A model generated the notes under the pieces. It was given only the letters and a program-made list of their open reading frames with translations. It was not told the origin of the DNA and did no database searches. From the NCBI GenBank assembly GCA_028534125.1, contig CM052817.1, positions 52,020,001 through 52,084,000 on the forward strand: a stretch of 64,000 nt of DNA, written 5' to 3'. Positions 1-13,930 of this stretch are shown here, piece after piece (positions within the stretch are counted from its first letter, which is position 1; each line of letters begins with the position of its first letter). A program made the translations under genes and the position numbers. This DNA is from Lama glama. Its lineage: Eukaryota.

Positions 1-438
1 ATTTGCAGCAACATGGATGCTCCTGGAGAATGTCATTCTAAGTGAAGTAAGCCAGAAAGAGAAAGAAAAATACTATATGAGATCGCTCATATATGGAATC
101 TAAACAAACAAAAACAAAAACAAACAAACAAACAAAAACAAAGTGTAAATACAGGACAGAAATAGACTCATAAACAGAGAATACAGACTTGTGGTTGCCA
201 GGGGGGGCGGAGGATGGGAAGGGATAGGCTGGGATTTCAAAACTGTAGAGTAGATAAACAAGATTATACTGTATAGCACAGGGAAATATACACAAAATGT
301 TATGGTAGCTCACAGAGAAAAAAATGTGTGACAATGAGTGTGTATATGTCCATGTATGACTGAAAAATTGTGCTGAACACTGGAATTTGACACAACATTG
401 TACAATGATTATAAATCAATAAAAAATGTTAAAAAAAA
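1..438 (+). mobile_element. LINE-1 3' end (ORF2 C-terminus, 3'UTR, A-tail), young camelid-like subfamily, cut by window edge
   Basis: Frame reads FAATWMLLENVILSEVSQKEKEKYYMRSLIYGI*, the typical L1 ORF2 end. A G-rich 3'UTR, AATAAA at ~418 and an A-rich tail follow. Confidence 0.93.
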
Positions 439-853
439 TTTTTGCACATCACACTCCACCTCAGTATCTGCTTTTGGAAAACCCAATTTGTGACAATATC
501 TTTTATGTAAATCAGACAAAATTCATTTTATAACATTTTATTCTAAACATATTTGTTCTATTAACTTAGGAGGTTTCATGTTTCTTTCCTGATATAATTT
601 TAATGACTCAGAGAAAATATTAAGTTTATTTATGTAAAATGATTGATCTTACTAGCTTTAGCAGCTTCATTTAAGAAAATGAATAACATGTTTCCTGAAC
701 AGCTCATTGACTGTCTCCACTATATCAATTCATTTTCTCAGAAGAAATTAAGGATTGAGATCAGAATATGGATATGTTGCAATAGGTGGAGCTAAGGGAC
801 AAAAGTGAGAAACAATATGCTTTCAAATTTCTCCAAATTTGTTTTATTACTTT

Positions 854-854
<1 letters not shown>

Positions 855-908
<54 letters not shown>
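855..908. repeat. (TATC)n tetranucleotide microsatellite
   Basis: About 13 perfect TATC units seen directly. Confidence 0.98.
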
Positions 909-1899
909 ATCTTTCCACTAGGAAAGGAAGAACAAAGACAGTATTAGAATCTTTTAAAAGAAACATATTAGAGAAAGTTTTTCATTTTATAATTTCAGGG
1001 TAAGTTTTATTCAGAATTTTTTAATTGCCGAAGTTATTGTTACTTTTAAGCATGTACAAATTCTCTACACTATTCAGAAGTAAATATTAATTGCATGTAT
1101 TTCATTGTAGATAGTATTTTAAGCTTCAGGATGTAATCCATTTTTGCTTTGAAAAAAACAAGTTAGAGGTAAACATAATATTAAGACACACTAACATGTT
1201 AATTCATTCACACATTCTTTAGGTATTTATCCAAGTCCACTGTATGAAAGATAATCTGTTACATAAGGCAAAGATAATTAATAAATTATGCCATTCATAG
1301 GACTTACAACTTACTCAGGGAGACAGACATATAATTATGTTACTACAGTATGGTGTAATAACTGCTGATAAAGAAACTATGATAAATAAAATAATATGTA
1401 CTTGAAGGAACAACAAAATCAAATCTGCATGAGTTGAGAGGTGGATGGAAAGAGAACACACAGACACAAACTCCTTTCAATTTCCAATACTACAATTCTC
1501 TAATTACATTCTAACTTTGGTTTAGTCAGTATTATTTGTAGAATGAACATTTTAATAAAATTTATATCTGCGTAAATACTAATTCAGACACAAGGTGCAT
1601 AATGTATTCTGCTTTCATCTTTTATATTATTTTATTTCTTCTGAAGTTATTTGATGCTTTTCTTTTTGCTTTCTTATTTTTCCACCCATTTATCACTTTT
1701 CTTACCCAATTGTTCTTCATAGGGTCATTTCCTCAGATCTTCACCATAACCCAACCCAAACCTGCACCCCTTGAAATCTTTCATCATCTTACTCCAGTCT
1801 GACTGGAGTTTCCAGGCTTATTATGCATCATCATTCTGGGACTTCCCTCATAATCATCTTTGGAATTCCTTCATCTCTGTTCTGATTGGATACAAAATT

Positions 1900-2620
1900 T
1901 CAGGATTCCATATTTTTTAACTGTTTTACTTGAAGCCTTTCTTTATGTATATTATATATTCTAGTTATGTAGCCTGTTAATATAAAGTTAGGTTTTATAC
2001 TTTAGTACCTGAAAATGCTATTATTTTACTCAATGACTTATTAATGTTCTGATTTTTGACACTGATCCATTGTATTTGTCCTATATGTATTCTCTGGGGA
2101 AAGTTTAAAGATCTCTTCATTAATCTTAGTATTTTAAACATTTAAGGAATCCTGATTAAGAATTCTTTTCATTAATTTTTTGATTGGGTGATTTATATTT
2201 TTTATTTTTGGGAAAAGTTCTTGTGTTATTTATTTAATTATGACATTCTACCTTTTTCCTATGTTCTTAATTTCTGACTATCTTGTTACTGGATCAGTAG
2301 ATTTTACATGATATTTTCCAGTATTTTTTCTGTTTGTTCTGCCTTTTGAACAATTTATAAACTTTATCTTCTGATTCTTCTACTGATTTTTAAAATTATA
2401 GAATAATGTTTTTAGTTTCTAAAGATATTTCTTATTTTCTGACTATTGTATTATGCATCTCAGTATTGTTTCTCAGCTGAAATATCTCCACTTATCTCTG
2501 AGTATTTTTCTAACCCTTTTTTTCCCCTGACCCACTTGATTCCTCTGTTTACAATTCAGTTCAATTTTTCTTTTTAATTGTTTGGTTTTTGGTGTCTTCT
2601 GTTAGATTTTCCCCTAATAA
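1900..2620 (-). mobile_element. Old degraded L1 (L1M-type) fragment
   Basis: T-rich stretch with motifs such as 'tttgggaaaagttcttgtgttatttattt' and 'actttatcttctgattcttctactgatttt', typical of antisense ancient L1. Confidence 0.5.
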
Positions 2621-3999
2621 TGATCTGGAAACCTCCATTGAGGTTTAAGATAAATGTCTTTGAAACTAGTCAGAAGCTGATGGGAATAGGTTGGGCCTGT
2701 GAATGGCTCTCTCATGAAGGAAGTCATTGAGAAAATCCTATGAAAGGAAGAAGCCTGCAATCTATCAACTTTCTTTACTAAAGGGGTGTCCCTGGGGGAT
2801 AAAAAAAGAAGGCAAGTGACCTGGTCTAATCTCCTTGTCAATCTGAATTCTGAGTAAACAGACTAATGATACTAGGAATAGAAGAACTTCACTATAAAAA
2901 GTCCTTAACAGGATGTACCTAGCTAAAGATTATGTATAGTAAATAATAATGGAGAATTTATGAATCATTGGTCTCTGGAGGATGTCATATGGATTACATG
3001 TTTGTGGGGAAATACAGAGATTTGTGATTATTTAAATATTCCTTCTGTGTGGGTGACCCTGTGAATCTCACACAGCTATCTCACGAATTTTGGATCTGAG
3101 TGTCGTGGACTGGACGGGAAGAATTTGGGATGCTACTCTTGATATCCCAGACATCTCATTGCCTTGTCTGTGCTTTTTATTGGTTATATCATTCAAAGTA
3201 TTTGCTAACTCTTGATATTAGGTAAAAATATTTGATTTGTATGAGTCTAACATGACAACCTGATCTTGTGTGTTAGCCCACCTGACTTCTAGCATTCTTA
3301 GAGCTAAGTATGGTAAGAAAGCTGGAATTCTTTCTTTTTAGGCTGTAGTCTTTCGCCTAATCTAACTTTTTTTTTCATTATGACAGCTGTTCTTTATGTG
3401 CACTGTGTCTGATATCCTGTATTTGGAGACCCTTTGGTTCAAATTTTTCCCCAGAAATTAAGCTTCTTTTCTCTTTCTTGAAGAGGGAAGTTACCCTGTC
3501 AGCTGAAGAAGTAAGGGAGGGGATAGAGAACTATCAAACTTAACTTTATAGTTTCAGCAACCTCTACATTTCAGCTCTACCACTGTCTTGTAACAGTTAT
3601 TTGGGATCTACAATGGCTGAAAGTTTTGAGCAACTTCAGTTCTTTTTTTGTTGTTGTTGTTAACATCCCAATGTATATGCATCTTTTTTCTAGTTAACTT
3701 TAAACCATCAGCTTTCTATTTTTCAAACTTTTGTTGCAAACCATTTTCTGCATTTCCCTTTCTCTTTGTATTTGTGCACGATTATGCAATTTAATCATTT
3801 ACTCTCATTTTAGTAGGGTTTTGAGTGAGATTGGGCATCAAATGAATGTAAAAACCATTAGACTATCTTTTTAAAGATAAGATTTACTGTAATATATTTC
3901 AAACCTCAGTAATACAGATTATGAAATATCACTTCCAAAACATCTACAGGGATTTTTGCTAAACAGTCAGCCATCTAAACAGATTATTCACCATTTGTA

Positions 4000-5103
4000 G
4001 TCTTAAATTCCAAAGGTAGTTTTGTTTCTGGTAATGGCCAAGTTAGCTCCTATCTGAATTATCCTCTGCAGATAATAAATATGAATACTGTACAAAATGC
4101 AACGAAAAGAAAGACTACCCAAAGGCATTGGAAATGACCCAAAATGAACAGATCCTGGGGAGTAGTCTACACTTGGAAGAATGGAATGACACAGAGTCTT
4201 TAATTTACTCTGGCTATTATACTGAAGGCAGTTCAAGACTGTGTCATGCATAGTGGCTAAAACTTCAATAGAAAATGAATAGTCTTTATGATTTGAAAGA
4301 CAGACCAGAGGGAAGATTCTGAGACAGCTACAGCTGTTAGTAAGTGAGGGCACATATTGTAGAAGAAAAAGCAAGAAATGGAGAACACCAAATTGAGGCT
4401 AGAAACTATGCTCATATTTATGACTGTGTACTGGACTCCAAGCATTTCATCTAGGGTAAAATAACTCAAACAAGACTTGAGCTACCATTCAAAGACAGAT
4501 TTTGCAGAGTGGTTTCACTACGTAAATTGAAAAGTAAATGGAAAAAAAAAACTTCAGAAGAATACTACAAAATCCATAATCTTTAAAACATAACATTTAG
4601 AATCTCCAGTGCATCCTAAATTCCTTCAAAATATGAAGAAAAAAATAACATTTTTTCCATTTTTAAGAGAAAATACAGTCAACCAAGACTGACACTAAGA
4701 CAAAACAGATGTTGGAATTAACATACAAATTTTAAAATAACTATGCTGAATGATATAAAAGAATATATTTGGAATGAATAAAAAGTTAGAAAATCACAAC
4801 AGAGAGATAGAAACTGTAAAACGACTATGTAGAAAAATTTACAAAGTGATTTTCAAATATATATGGAAATGCAAAGTTCTATAATATTGAAAGAAATCTT
4901 GAAAAAAACCCAGCATGGTTGAATGACTTACAAGAACTGATTTCAAGGCTTAATGTAAAGCTATAGGAACCAAAATAGTGTGTCACTTAGTATAAGGACT
5001 AACAAATAGAGCAAAAGAATAGGATATGATGTTCAAAAATAGATCCACATTTTTATAAGTCATTTCATTATTGACAAGGCACTGAAGCAATCCAGTGGGA
5101 AAA
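4000..5103 (+). mobile_element. Old L1M fragments (5'/ORF1-start-like piece joined to an ORF2 piece)
   Basis: 'aaaacagatgttggaattaaca...aaaatcacaacagagagatagaaact' resembles the ORF1 start region. 'atatggaaatgcaaag...tgatttcaaggcttaatgtaaagctatagg' resembles ORF2. Confidence 0.65.
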
Positions 5104-5595
5104 TGTGTAGGAAAGGATTCACTGACAGGTCTGGGTTGCTCAAACCCTGCACGTTCATTACAAATTCCTATCTTTAGGAATGGCCTCGGGCTGGCTCCTG
5201 GTAAATGGGCTCTGGTCCATTAGAATATTCTGTTCCAGAAGAGCATTTTTGTATGCTTGACATATTGGGCCAAGTTGTACAAATATGATTAAATAGTTTA
5301 TTCTTACCGTATAATATATGATGAATGCATGTCTTTCTCTGGGGGTCTGGAATCTAAACAGCTGAAATGGTTATGTAGGTGCTTCATGCCTTCATGACAG
5401 ATCCCCCCAAAAATTCCTGGACACCAAGGCGTGGGTTGGTTAGTTTGACTGGTGAGATTTCACATGTCTTCTCACACATTACTGCTGGGACAATTAGCCA
5501 TATCCAGGTAACTCCACTGGGAAGGACACCTGGAAGTGTGTGCCTTGATTCTCCCAGACTTTGTCCCATATACCTTCAGGCTTTGCTAATTTTAA
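5104..5595 (+). mobile_element. MER21-like LTR nested in L1
   Basis: Starts 'tgtgtaggaaagg'. Contains 'ctgggttgctcaaaccctgcac', 'actccactgggaaggacacctggaag' and 'ctcccagactttgtcccata', which resemble the MER21 consensus. Confidence 0.7.
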
Positions 5596-6022
5596 GAAAT
5601 GAAGAAGAGAGAGTGCTCTGGATTAATGGCAATGTTCTATACCTCGATAGGGTTAGTTTGCATAGATTTATTTGTATGTTAAAACTTATTGCATAGACAT
5701 ATTTATAATGTTAAAACTTATTAAATGGTACACTTAATATTTATGCATTTCATTGTATGTAAGTTTTACGAAGCTATATTTTTAAACCTAGTTAATGATA
5801 TGTATACTGAAAATTTCAGGGTAGCCTGTGTGGATGTCTGTAACTTATTTTGAAATGTCTCAAAAAGACACATAAAATAATGGATGGAAATTGGGATAGA
5901 TAAGTGGATAGATACGCATACAAAGCAAGTCATTAATGCTTGAATCTAAGTGATAAATATATGAGTGTTCAGTGTAAAATCTTCTCAACTTTTATGTTTA
6001 AAAATTTTCCTAATAAAATATT
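5596..6022 (+). mobile_element. L1MC/ME-type 3'UTR
   Basis: 'ggcaatgttctatacctcgatagg' ... 'atgagtgttcagtgtaaaatcttctcaactttt' ... 'aataaaat'. Confidence 0.7.
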
Positions 6023-7059
6023 TGAAGAATCCCAAACTGGATCATTACAACAAACACGGCATTTTTACTGTGATTTTGAAACTGAAGTATTAATCTCAAT
6101 AAAGTTTCCTCAAGAATTTTTCTTTGAAAATTTTATGTTTTTCCTATTGGTCTCTTAGTTATTGTTATCTTAAAAAAATGTCCTGAAAAGAGTTATGTTC
6201 TACTGTTCTCATTGCTTTGGTTTTAGAACTGCTACTACGAATTGCTAAACAGTTAAAATTTGCTAGTATTAAAGCAATAATCTATTTTGTAATCTTGGGG
6301 TAGATTATAGTAGTATAAAATGCCAAGTGGATCCATTAGTTAATAATAAAAAGAACCAGTTGCCTGTATGAATGAGAACTCAGTAAAGAAAATGAACTAG
6401 AAAAAATGAAATAAAAAGTTCTATTAGGCTTATTTTATTCCATAATGTTCTCACTATTCAGAAATAGTCTACTGGAATCTGGTTATATTTCATGATTGTG
6501 CCCTTATATTGTCCCCATTCTTTCTATTTAAATTTTTACAACAACTGCTTTAAATATATTAGTTTTCATCACATTTTAGTCTATCTCTATTTCATCCAAG
6601 CAACAAGATGAATGGCTAAATGAGCCAGACTTGACAACATTTTAGGTATATTCTCATATCCTCTCTTACGGATCATTCTAACATGCACATTGTATTTCAC
6701 TGAAATACAGTGCATGGTCCTTAATATGTATCTGAACCTAATAAGAAACAAATCAAAGCCAGAATAGAACAAAATGCTTAATATGAAATTTAAAAATCTC
6801 TTCAGTGCTTTTACAGCCTTTATAGACAACTCTGTATGAAGGTTTCTATTATTTTATTTCACATAATATTACAACAATACAAGTTTGGGAGTGACTATCA
6901 CTAAGTTTCCTCCTATATGCAATTCCTTTCTTTTTTCCCATTTGATAGGATTAATCCTGTAGGAGACATCTTTACTGTCACTTCAACATTTTCATATGAA
7001 AAAATTAAAGTTTTTAAAGCACAATGCTCTGTACTCCTCTGACCTTCCAAATTACATTA

Positions 7060-7592
7060 TACCTGTTTCTGTCAAGTAGTACTAGTATGTACCTGGTGAG
7101 TGCACTCAGCATGACTCCATCTTCACACAATATGTTTTTTAGTGTGTTGGGTGTGAATAACCCTATCCCCATCTCCTGGGATGGGTCCTGATTTGTGTGA
7201 TTCACTGGGAGCTATCTCAATATTCCATTCATGGCAATTGCTCTGATGGAGTCCCAAATTACAGTTCAAGATTGTTTTAGTTTTAAGGATGAGGAAAGAA
7301 AATTTTCTTATTCTTGCTTTGAACAGTTTGGTGTACAGATGTGAGACTTCAATTGTTCTAGAAACTTTATTATCAAAAAGAAAACTATCTAAGGTTTTAG
7401 TCAAAACACAACGAAAGGTAGAGGTAATCAAATGACAAGAAGAAACGGAGGCAGATATATGATCAAGCCATGCTTTAAAATTAAGCTTTCTCAAGATATT
7501 TTCAATTATATAAAACAATAAATTTCTTGTTGTTCAAAACCACTTGAATGGGGTTTTAAGTTTTTTGTTTTAAACTGCAATCATTCTAACTG
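7060..7592 (+). mobile_element. MaLR LTR (old MLT1 type)
   Basis: 3' motif 'aataaatttcttgttgttcaaaaccacttgaatggggttt...cattctaactga' is characteristic of old MLT1 LTRs. Confidence 0.55.
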
Positions 7593-7599
7593 AAGCACA

Positions 7600-7752
7600 T
7601 ACTCATGGCATTGTGTTGTTTCTCTTTGTACTTATTTCTCCCATATTAAATCATGAGCTGCCAGAGACCAGAAGCCATAACTTCTTCATCTTTACATCTC
7701 TAAAACCCAGCAGACAGCCTGATTCATATCAGGATTCAGTAAATACTTGTTT
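7600..7752 (+). mobile_element. L2 3' end
   Basis: 'catgagctgccagagaccaga...cttcatctttacatctc...cagacagcctgattcatatcaggattcagtaaatacttgtt' matches the L2 terminal motif. Confidence 0.65.
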
Positions 7753-7827
7753 AAAAAAGTGTATCATTGTAATGCTAATTGTCAGATAGATTTTTAAAAA
7801 TTACTTTTTTTCAAATCAGATACATAT

Positions 7828-8001
7828 ACTGTCAAGCCTCACTATTCACATTTATTTGTAACCCTCAAATTAATGCTCAAGGTGTTTGTGCAGTAATTCT
7901 CAGAGACCTTGGAAAATTTTGAGTCACCAGATGTGCATGTGCATGTGCCCGGCTGAGGTCAAACAAGGCCACTTTTTGTCTTGAAGCTTCAGCTGTCACA
8001 C
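7828..8001 (+). mobile_element. Tigger4/Zombi (MER46)-like DNA transposon fragment
   Basis: 'tttatttgtaaccctcaaattaatgctc...aaaattttgagtcaccagatgtgcatgt...gctgaggtcaaacaagg' resembles the Tigger4 5' end. Confidence 0.7.
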
Positions 8002-8164
8002 AGGAATGACCAGAAGATGGAGATGGTAGGGGACAGTACAGAGGAGTGCAAGTTGCTTCATCTCTAGGGCAAGTTGGAACTCTAGCACCTGTTAGAGGGT
8101 GAGCTCAGGCAAGTCACTGAACACTTTTGAACCTCATTTTCTCTTTTTAAAAATAAACTTTAAA

Positions 8165-10187
8165 AAAGAACCTAGCATCCAAATTGGAAAGGAAGGAGTA
8201 AAATTATATCTCTTCACAGAAGACATGATCTTATACGTAGAAAACACTGAAGATTGTACTGTTAGAACTAATAAACAAATTCAGCAAAGCTGCAGAAAAC
8301 AAATGCAAAATGTAAAAATCAGTTGTATTTTTCTATACTAACAACAAACATCTTGAAGAGGAAATTAAGAAAAGCAATCCAATTTACAATAGTATCAAAA
8401 GAATAAAATACTTAGGAACAAACAACCAAGGAGGCAAAGAACTTGCACATGGAAAACTACAAAATGTTGCTAAAAGAAATGAAAGAAAACATAAATAAAT
8501 GGAGAGATCTTTAGTATTTATGGATTGGAAGACTTAATATCATTATCAAGATGTCAGTACCAACCAAATACATTTACAGATTCAAGGCAATCCTTATCAA
8601 AATATCAAAATCTCTACATAAAGAGAAAAACTCACCCTAAAATTCATAGGAAATCTCAAAGAACCCCCCAAAGCCAAAACAATCTTTAAAAAGAACAAAG
8701 CTGGACCTCTCACACTCGCTGATTTCAAACTTACTGGACAGCTATAGTAATCAAAACAATGTGCTATTGACATAAAGACAGACATACAGACCTATGGAAA
8801 GGAACAGAGAGCCCAGAAGTAAGCTTTTGCATAAATGGCCAAATGATTTTTAACAAGGGTGTCAAGACCATTTGATGGGAAAAAGACAAGTTTTTCAATA
8901 AACGGTGTTGGGAAAACTAGATATCCACAGGTAAAAGAAAGATGTTGGAATTTTATGTTACACCATATACAAAAATTAACTCAAAATGGATCAGAGTCCT
9001 ACATGTAGGAGTTAAAACTATAAAACTCTTAGAATAAAACATAGGGGAAACTTTATGATATTGGATTTGGCAATGATTTCTTGGCTATGACACCAAAAAG
9101 CAGAGGCTAAAAAAGAAAAAAATAGATAAACTGACTTCACCAAAATTAAAATTTTTTCTGTGCACCAAAAGATGCTATGAACAAAGTGAAATAGTAACCC
9201 ACCGAACAGAAGAATATATTTTCAAATAATGTAAATGATAGGAATTAATAGCCAGAATATATAAAGAATTTTTACAACTCAATAATAAGAACAACAAAAC
9301 TAAATAGTCTAATTTAAAAATGAACAAAGGACTTAAAAGAGACATTTCTCCAAAGAAGATATACAGAGGGCCAAAATGGACATGAAAGGATACTCAGTGT
9401 GACTAATCATCAGGGAAATGAGGGAAAGGAAAATCAAAACCATAATGGGATACTAATTAACATATATGGACACACCTATTGCTAAAAAATAAAGAAAATA
9501 AGTGTTGGTATGAAAGTGGAAAAAATGGAACCCTTGTCCTTGTGTACTACTGGTGGGGACATAAAATGGTGCAGCCATTATGAAAAACGGTATGGCAATT
9601 TCTCAAAAAAGTTAATGTAGAACTACAAGCTATTTCACTTCTGGGTACATACTCAAAAGAATCAGAAGTAGTGACTCAAACAGCTTTTTGTGCACCCGTG
9701 ATCATAGCAGCATTATTCTCAATAGCCAAAAAGTGAAACCTACCTAACTGTTCATTGTTAGATGAAGGGATAGGTAACACATGCTATATACGTGGAATGG
9801 AATATTTTTCAGCCTTAAAAAGGAAAAAAAATCTGTCACATGCTACAGTACAGATGAAATTTGAAGATATTTTCCTAAGTGAAATAAGCTAGTTACAAAT
9901 GGACAAATATTATATGATTCCATTTATACGAGGTAACTGGAATAGTCAAATTCATAGAGAAAGTGGAATGGTGGTTATCAGGGACTGGGGAAAGAGAATT
10001 TAGAGTCAGTGTTTAATAGGTATGAAGGTTCAAATTGGGAAGATGAAAAAAGTTTCTGGAGATGAATGGTGGTGATGGTTGCAGAGCAATGTGAATGTAG
10101 TTGATGCTACTAAATATTTTAAAATGTCAAAATGTCAAAATGTCAAAATGTATGTTATGCATATTTTACCACAATAAAAAAAATAAA
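8165..10187 (+). mobile_element. 5'-truncated L1 (L1MB-like): ORF2 RT/C-terminal region plus 3'UTR
   Basis: Degenerate ORF2 (IQIGKEGVKLYLFTEDMILYVEN, an RT FADD-motif region), canonical downstream ORF2 motifs, 3'UTR 'ttctggagatgaatggtggtgatggttgc' and AATAAA/A-tail at ~10172-10187. Confidence 0.93.
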
Positions 10188-10189
10188 TG

Positions 10190-11218
10190 GGAAGAATAGA
10201 TACAAGTCTCCAGTCAAGAAGAATTCTAAATAATTTATATAGAAACCTGCCATCATTAGTGTCAACTATGCAAGTGTGAGCTGCACATTGTGACTTTCTT
10301 CCAAAGGGTATAGTATGTAAGAGAGGGAAAAAGAATAACTTTACAATGGAGAAACCTGACGAATACTACCTCAGCCAGGTGCTCAATATGGTCAATATTA
10401 ACAGCAATGTCATATTAATAGTATATACTCTGGATATGATATAATAAGAATGGCAAATTTCCTTCATGGCCTTCCTTCCAAAAATCCACAACAAGGCAAA
10501 TCATGAGAAAACCAACAGACAAATCCCAATTGAAGTATGTTCTACAAAACCCTTGACCAGTATTCCTTAAATCTGTGAATGTCATCAAAAACAAGTCTGG
10601 GGAGGGGGGTGGGAAGGGATAGAATGGGAGTTCAAAATTTGTAGATACTGACAGGCATATGTAGAATAGATAAATACAAGATTATACTATATAGCACACG
10701 GAAATATATACAAGATCTTGTGGTAGCTAACAGAGAAAAAAGTGTGAAAATGAATATATGTATGTTCATGTATAACCAAAAAATTGTGCTTTACACTGGA
10801 ATTTGACATTGTAAAATGATTATAACTCAATAAAAAAAGTTTAAAAAAATCAAAGAACTTAGAGATCCAGCAAAACAAAACAAAACAAAACAAAAAAAAA
10901 AACAAGTCTGAGTAACTACCACCGTCAATAGGAGCCTTAGCTTCGTGACATGGCACAGTGTTACCCTCAGTGGGATAATTAAACAGACAAAAGATAGTAG
11001 TAAAAATTAAAGAAGTCTGAATAAAGTATACACTTTAATTAATTATAATAATGTATCAGTATTGGTTCATTAATTGTAACAAATATACCATACTAATATA
11101 AGGTATTAACAGGGGAAACTGGGTGTACAGTACATTTGCAATGTCTCTATTTTGTCTTTATTCCACTTTTGCCGTTTTTCTATAAATCTAAAATTGTTCT
11201 AAGATAAATATATAAAAA
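10190..11218 (+). mobile_element. L1MC-type 3'UTR interrupted by a younger L1 fragment
   Basis: 'gtgagctgcacattgtgactttcttccaaag', 'gagaaacctgac..tactacctcagccagg' and 'gtatcagtattggttcattaattgtaacaaatatacc'. Similar to 43790-44480. Confidence 0.8.
10600..10897 (+). mobile_element. Young, severely 5'-truncated L1 with 13-bp target-site duplication
   Basis: 3'UTR related to the element at 1-438. Flanked by identical AAAAACAAGTCTG at 10587-10599 and 10898-10910. Confidence 0.92.
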
Positions 11219-13664
11219 AGATAGTGAGAAAATGAGTAGACAAACCAAAGAATATGAAAGAAATCCACAAAATACTTATCTAACAGGAATTTCATTTAGC
11301 ACATATAAAATTCTTAAAATTCAACAATAAAATGAAAGAAAATTTACTGGGGGAAAGTTATTTTCTTAGGTTACTTTCAGGGGAACTGCCTCAATTGATT
11401 TTTTTTTCTGGATGAATATTTTGGTGGGGAAATCAAAGTAAATTGTCACTCTCTGGTCTCTAACAAACATACTAACATATTAAGCAGAGCTCATATTTAA
11501 CCTAGGATACCGGAGAGTTGTATCATCTTGGAAATACAGTGAAAATTTTCTTTATGAAATGATGTTGCTTTCCCTTATAGATTATATTTGAATGGATGAA
11601 ATAGAGGGAGAAATAAAGGGTGAAGCCATAACTCATGAGCTAAGAATTTAAATTTCATAGTCTGCCTGACTTGGGCAAGTCAACTGCATCCTCTGTAAAT
11701 TGCCAGTATTAAGGCATTTGTCAGTGTTTTTTTTTTTATCAGTTAAACTTTAAATCAAATAAAAGTGCATGTTTCTTAACTACTTAAACTATATGGTTTA
11801 CAAAAATTTGTTTTATTTTCTTTCTAACTCCATTTTGGTAAGACATTTATGTTTCACTAAAAAGTATTCTTTTTTGTTCTGTTTATATTTTGTATGATGA
11901 GTGTGAACAGGTAGTAAAGGTCTGGGTTGAAACAGGGCACAAATATGGTCCAGAATTCCCCCTAAATGAACATATTAGGATTTTTAAAAAGGGCAAGATT
12001 TGAAGGTTGTAGAAATAATTCTTTGTTTTAGATAATAAATTGTTATATTCTAAGTTCTCAGTAGGAGCCTCTTCATTTAAATGTTAAATTGAATGAATCA
12101 GATACTGTATTTGTTGCTTACTTAAAAATTAGTCTTCAATTAATGAGAGATGTTGGCAAGGGTTAAGGATCAAGGAGTCTGCATTTTTCATTCATGTATT
12201 TATTATGTATTTCCTGCCACAGTACATTACCCCGAATCTATGTCTTACAAATAAGAATTGGGAATCTTGTAACACACTGAATACCAATGTGTCTTAGCTG
12301 TGTGGAAATGCATTGCATGCACATGCATTAAAATCATAGCACATTAGACTTGGGACCTTATAGGTCACTTAGTCCAATTTTAGCATTTTTCATACGGTTT
12401 GGGGTTGGCATGAGAGTTGTTGTGCAGAACGGAGAGAAAGACTAGGTTAAATATCTTTTTAAAATTCATAGGCATACTTGATTTCAGAACTAGAACTAGA
12501 ATCCAGGCGTCTTAATTTTCAATATAGCACACCCTCTACTTCATTAAGCTGATGATTTGAAAACTGTGACAATTAATGTTATATCAACTTTATATGAAAA
12601 TGAACCCTGGTAAAATTAAATAAAATATAAATAAACTGTGTACATATACATATATATGTAAAACTATTATTTGCATATACTATAAATTACATTAAATATA
12701 ATTTACCATTTTACATGTTAGTGCAACTGAAAGGAAACCCTGGTCTAATGTAATGAGAGCCAAACTCTCAAGATTCTGCATTTCAGGAGATTCAGCTTCT
12801 TGTCCTTTCCATTATTCTTATATTGTTAATGTAATTTTTCCTAAAAATAATTAATTTGAATACTATATGATTCAATTTTGTATATTGGATGTGTATAGCC
12901 TTAATCTTCCTAAAGGTGAAATATACATATATTCTGACACTTTCTTACGTAAAATTAATCCTAATGAATTCTAAATATTTGGCAAAATTAAAAGGGATAG
13001 AACATAGTCAGGACAATAATTTATTTGGGGTTGCTAAAATATCACCCCATGGTGTTTATGTCCCTCTACTTCTAAATCTTCTCTTATTAATGGCTATAAA
13101 TAATCTAGACGTTAACTTTAAATAAAATAAATAAAAGCTAAATTTAAATAAAGCTGAATATTAGAATAAGCTTGACATGGCTGAAAGAAAAATAAATGGG
13201 AGTTAGAAGGCCACATCCACTATCTAGCACTGCTGTTAACCTGGGTTACTCAACAATTCATTGGTCCTCATTTTCTTTAATCTTGTGGAACAACAGGGAC
13301 AAATAACATATCTTTGTTACTGTTGTATCTGTTTTATAAATTCCATGTTTATGGTTATTTTTCACTATAAAAAATGTCATCTTGTAGTTTACTTCACTGA
13401 TCTTAGATCACATAAATTGAAATTTTAAAATAATGGCAATAATAAGTAAAATAAGACATGGAGTTAATTGAAAAACTGGTATGAAATAACTTAGAGAACT
13501 AGCTATTGCTTAAATGAATGTAGACTACGAATCAACTATTTTGGATACTACAATTTAATTAAAGACTACTGAAAGAGGCATTCACTAATTGTTCTTGAAC
13601 TCTTCAAGGTGAATAATAGCTTTTCTTTGTTTATTTTTAGAACCAGTTCTTCAAAACTCTAGCA

Positions 13665-13930
13665 GAAATGGTGCTTAAGGACACAAGTTTACAACTAGTA
13701 GATACATAACTCCTGGAGATCTAATACATAGTATAGTGGAAGTATAGTGAATATAGACAATATTGCATCATAATCATCAAACTTGTTAAGAGACTAGATT
13801 CCACTATAAAAAAAGACATGAAAATTATATTGATAGAGGTACTAATTATCCCTCACTGACAAGCATATTAAAATATATGTGTATCCTTAAATTAACACAC
13901 CTTAAATTAACACAATTATATTTCAAAAAA
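13665..13930 (+). mobile_element. L1 3'UTR fragment (L1MA9/Laurasiatherian type)
   Basis: 'aaggacacaagtttacaactagtagat..tcctggagatctaatacatagtatagtg...aaacttgttaagagactagat'. Confidence 0.75.

Noticed and set aside
38..334. 98-aa hydrophobic minus-strand ORF (similar ORFs at 10687 and 19626)
   Set aside because: Antisense reading of L1 3' ends and their A-rich tracts.
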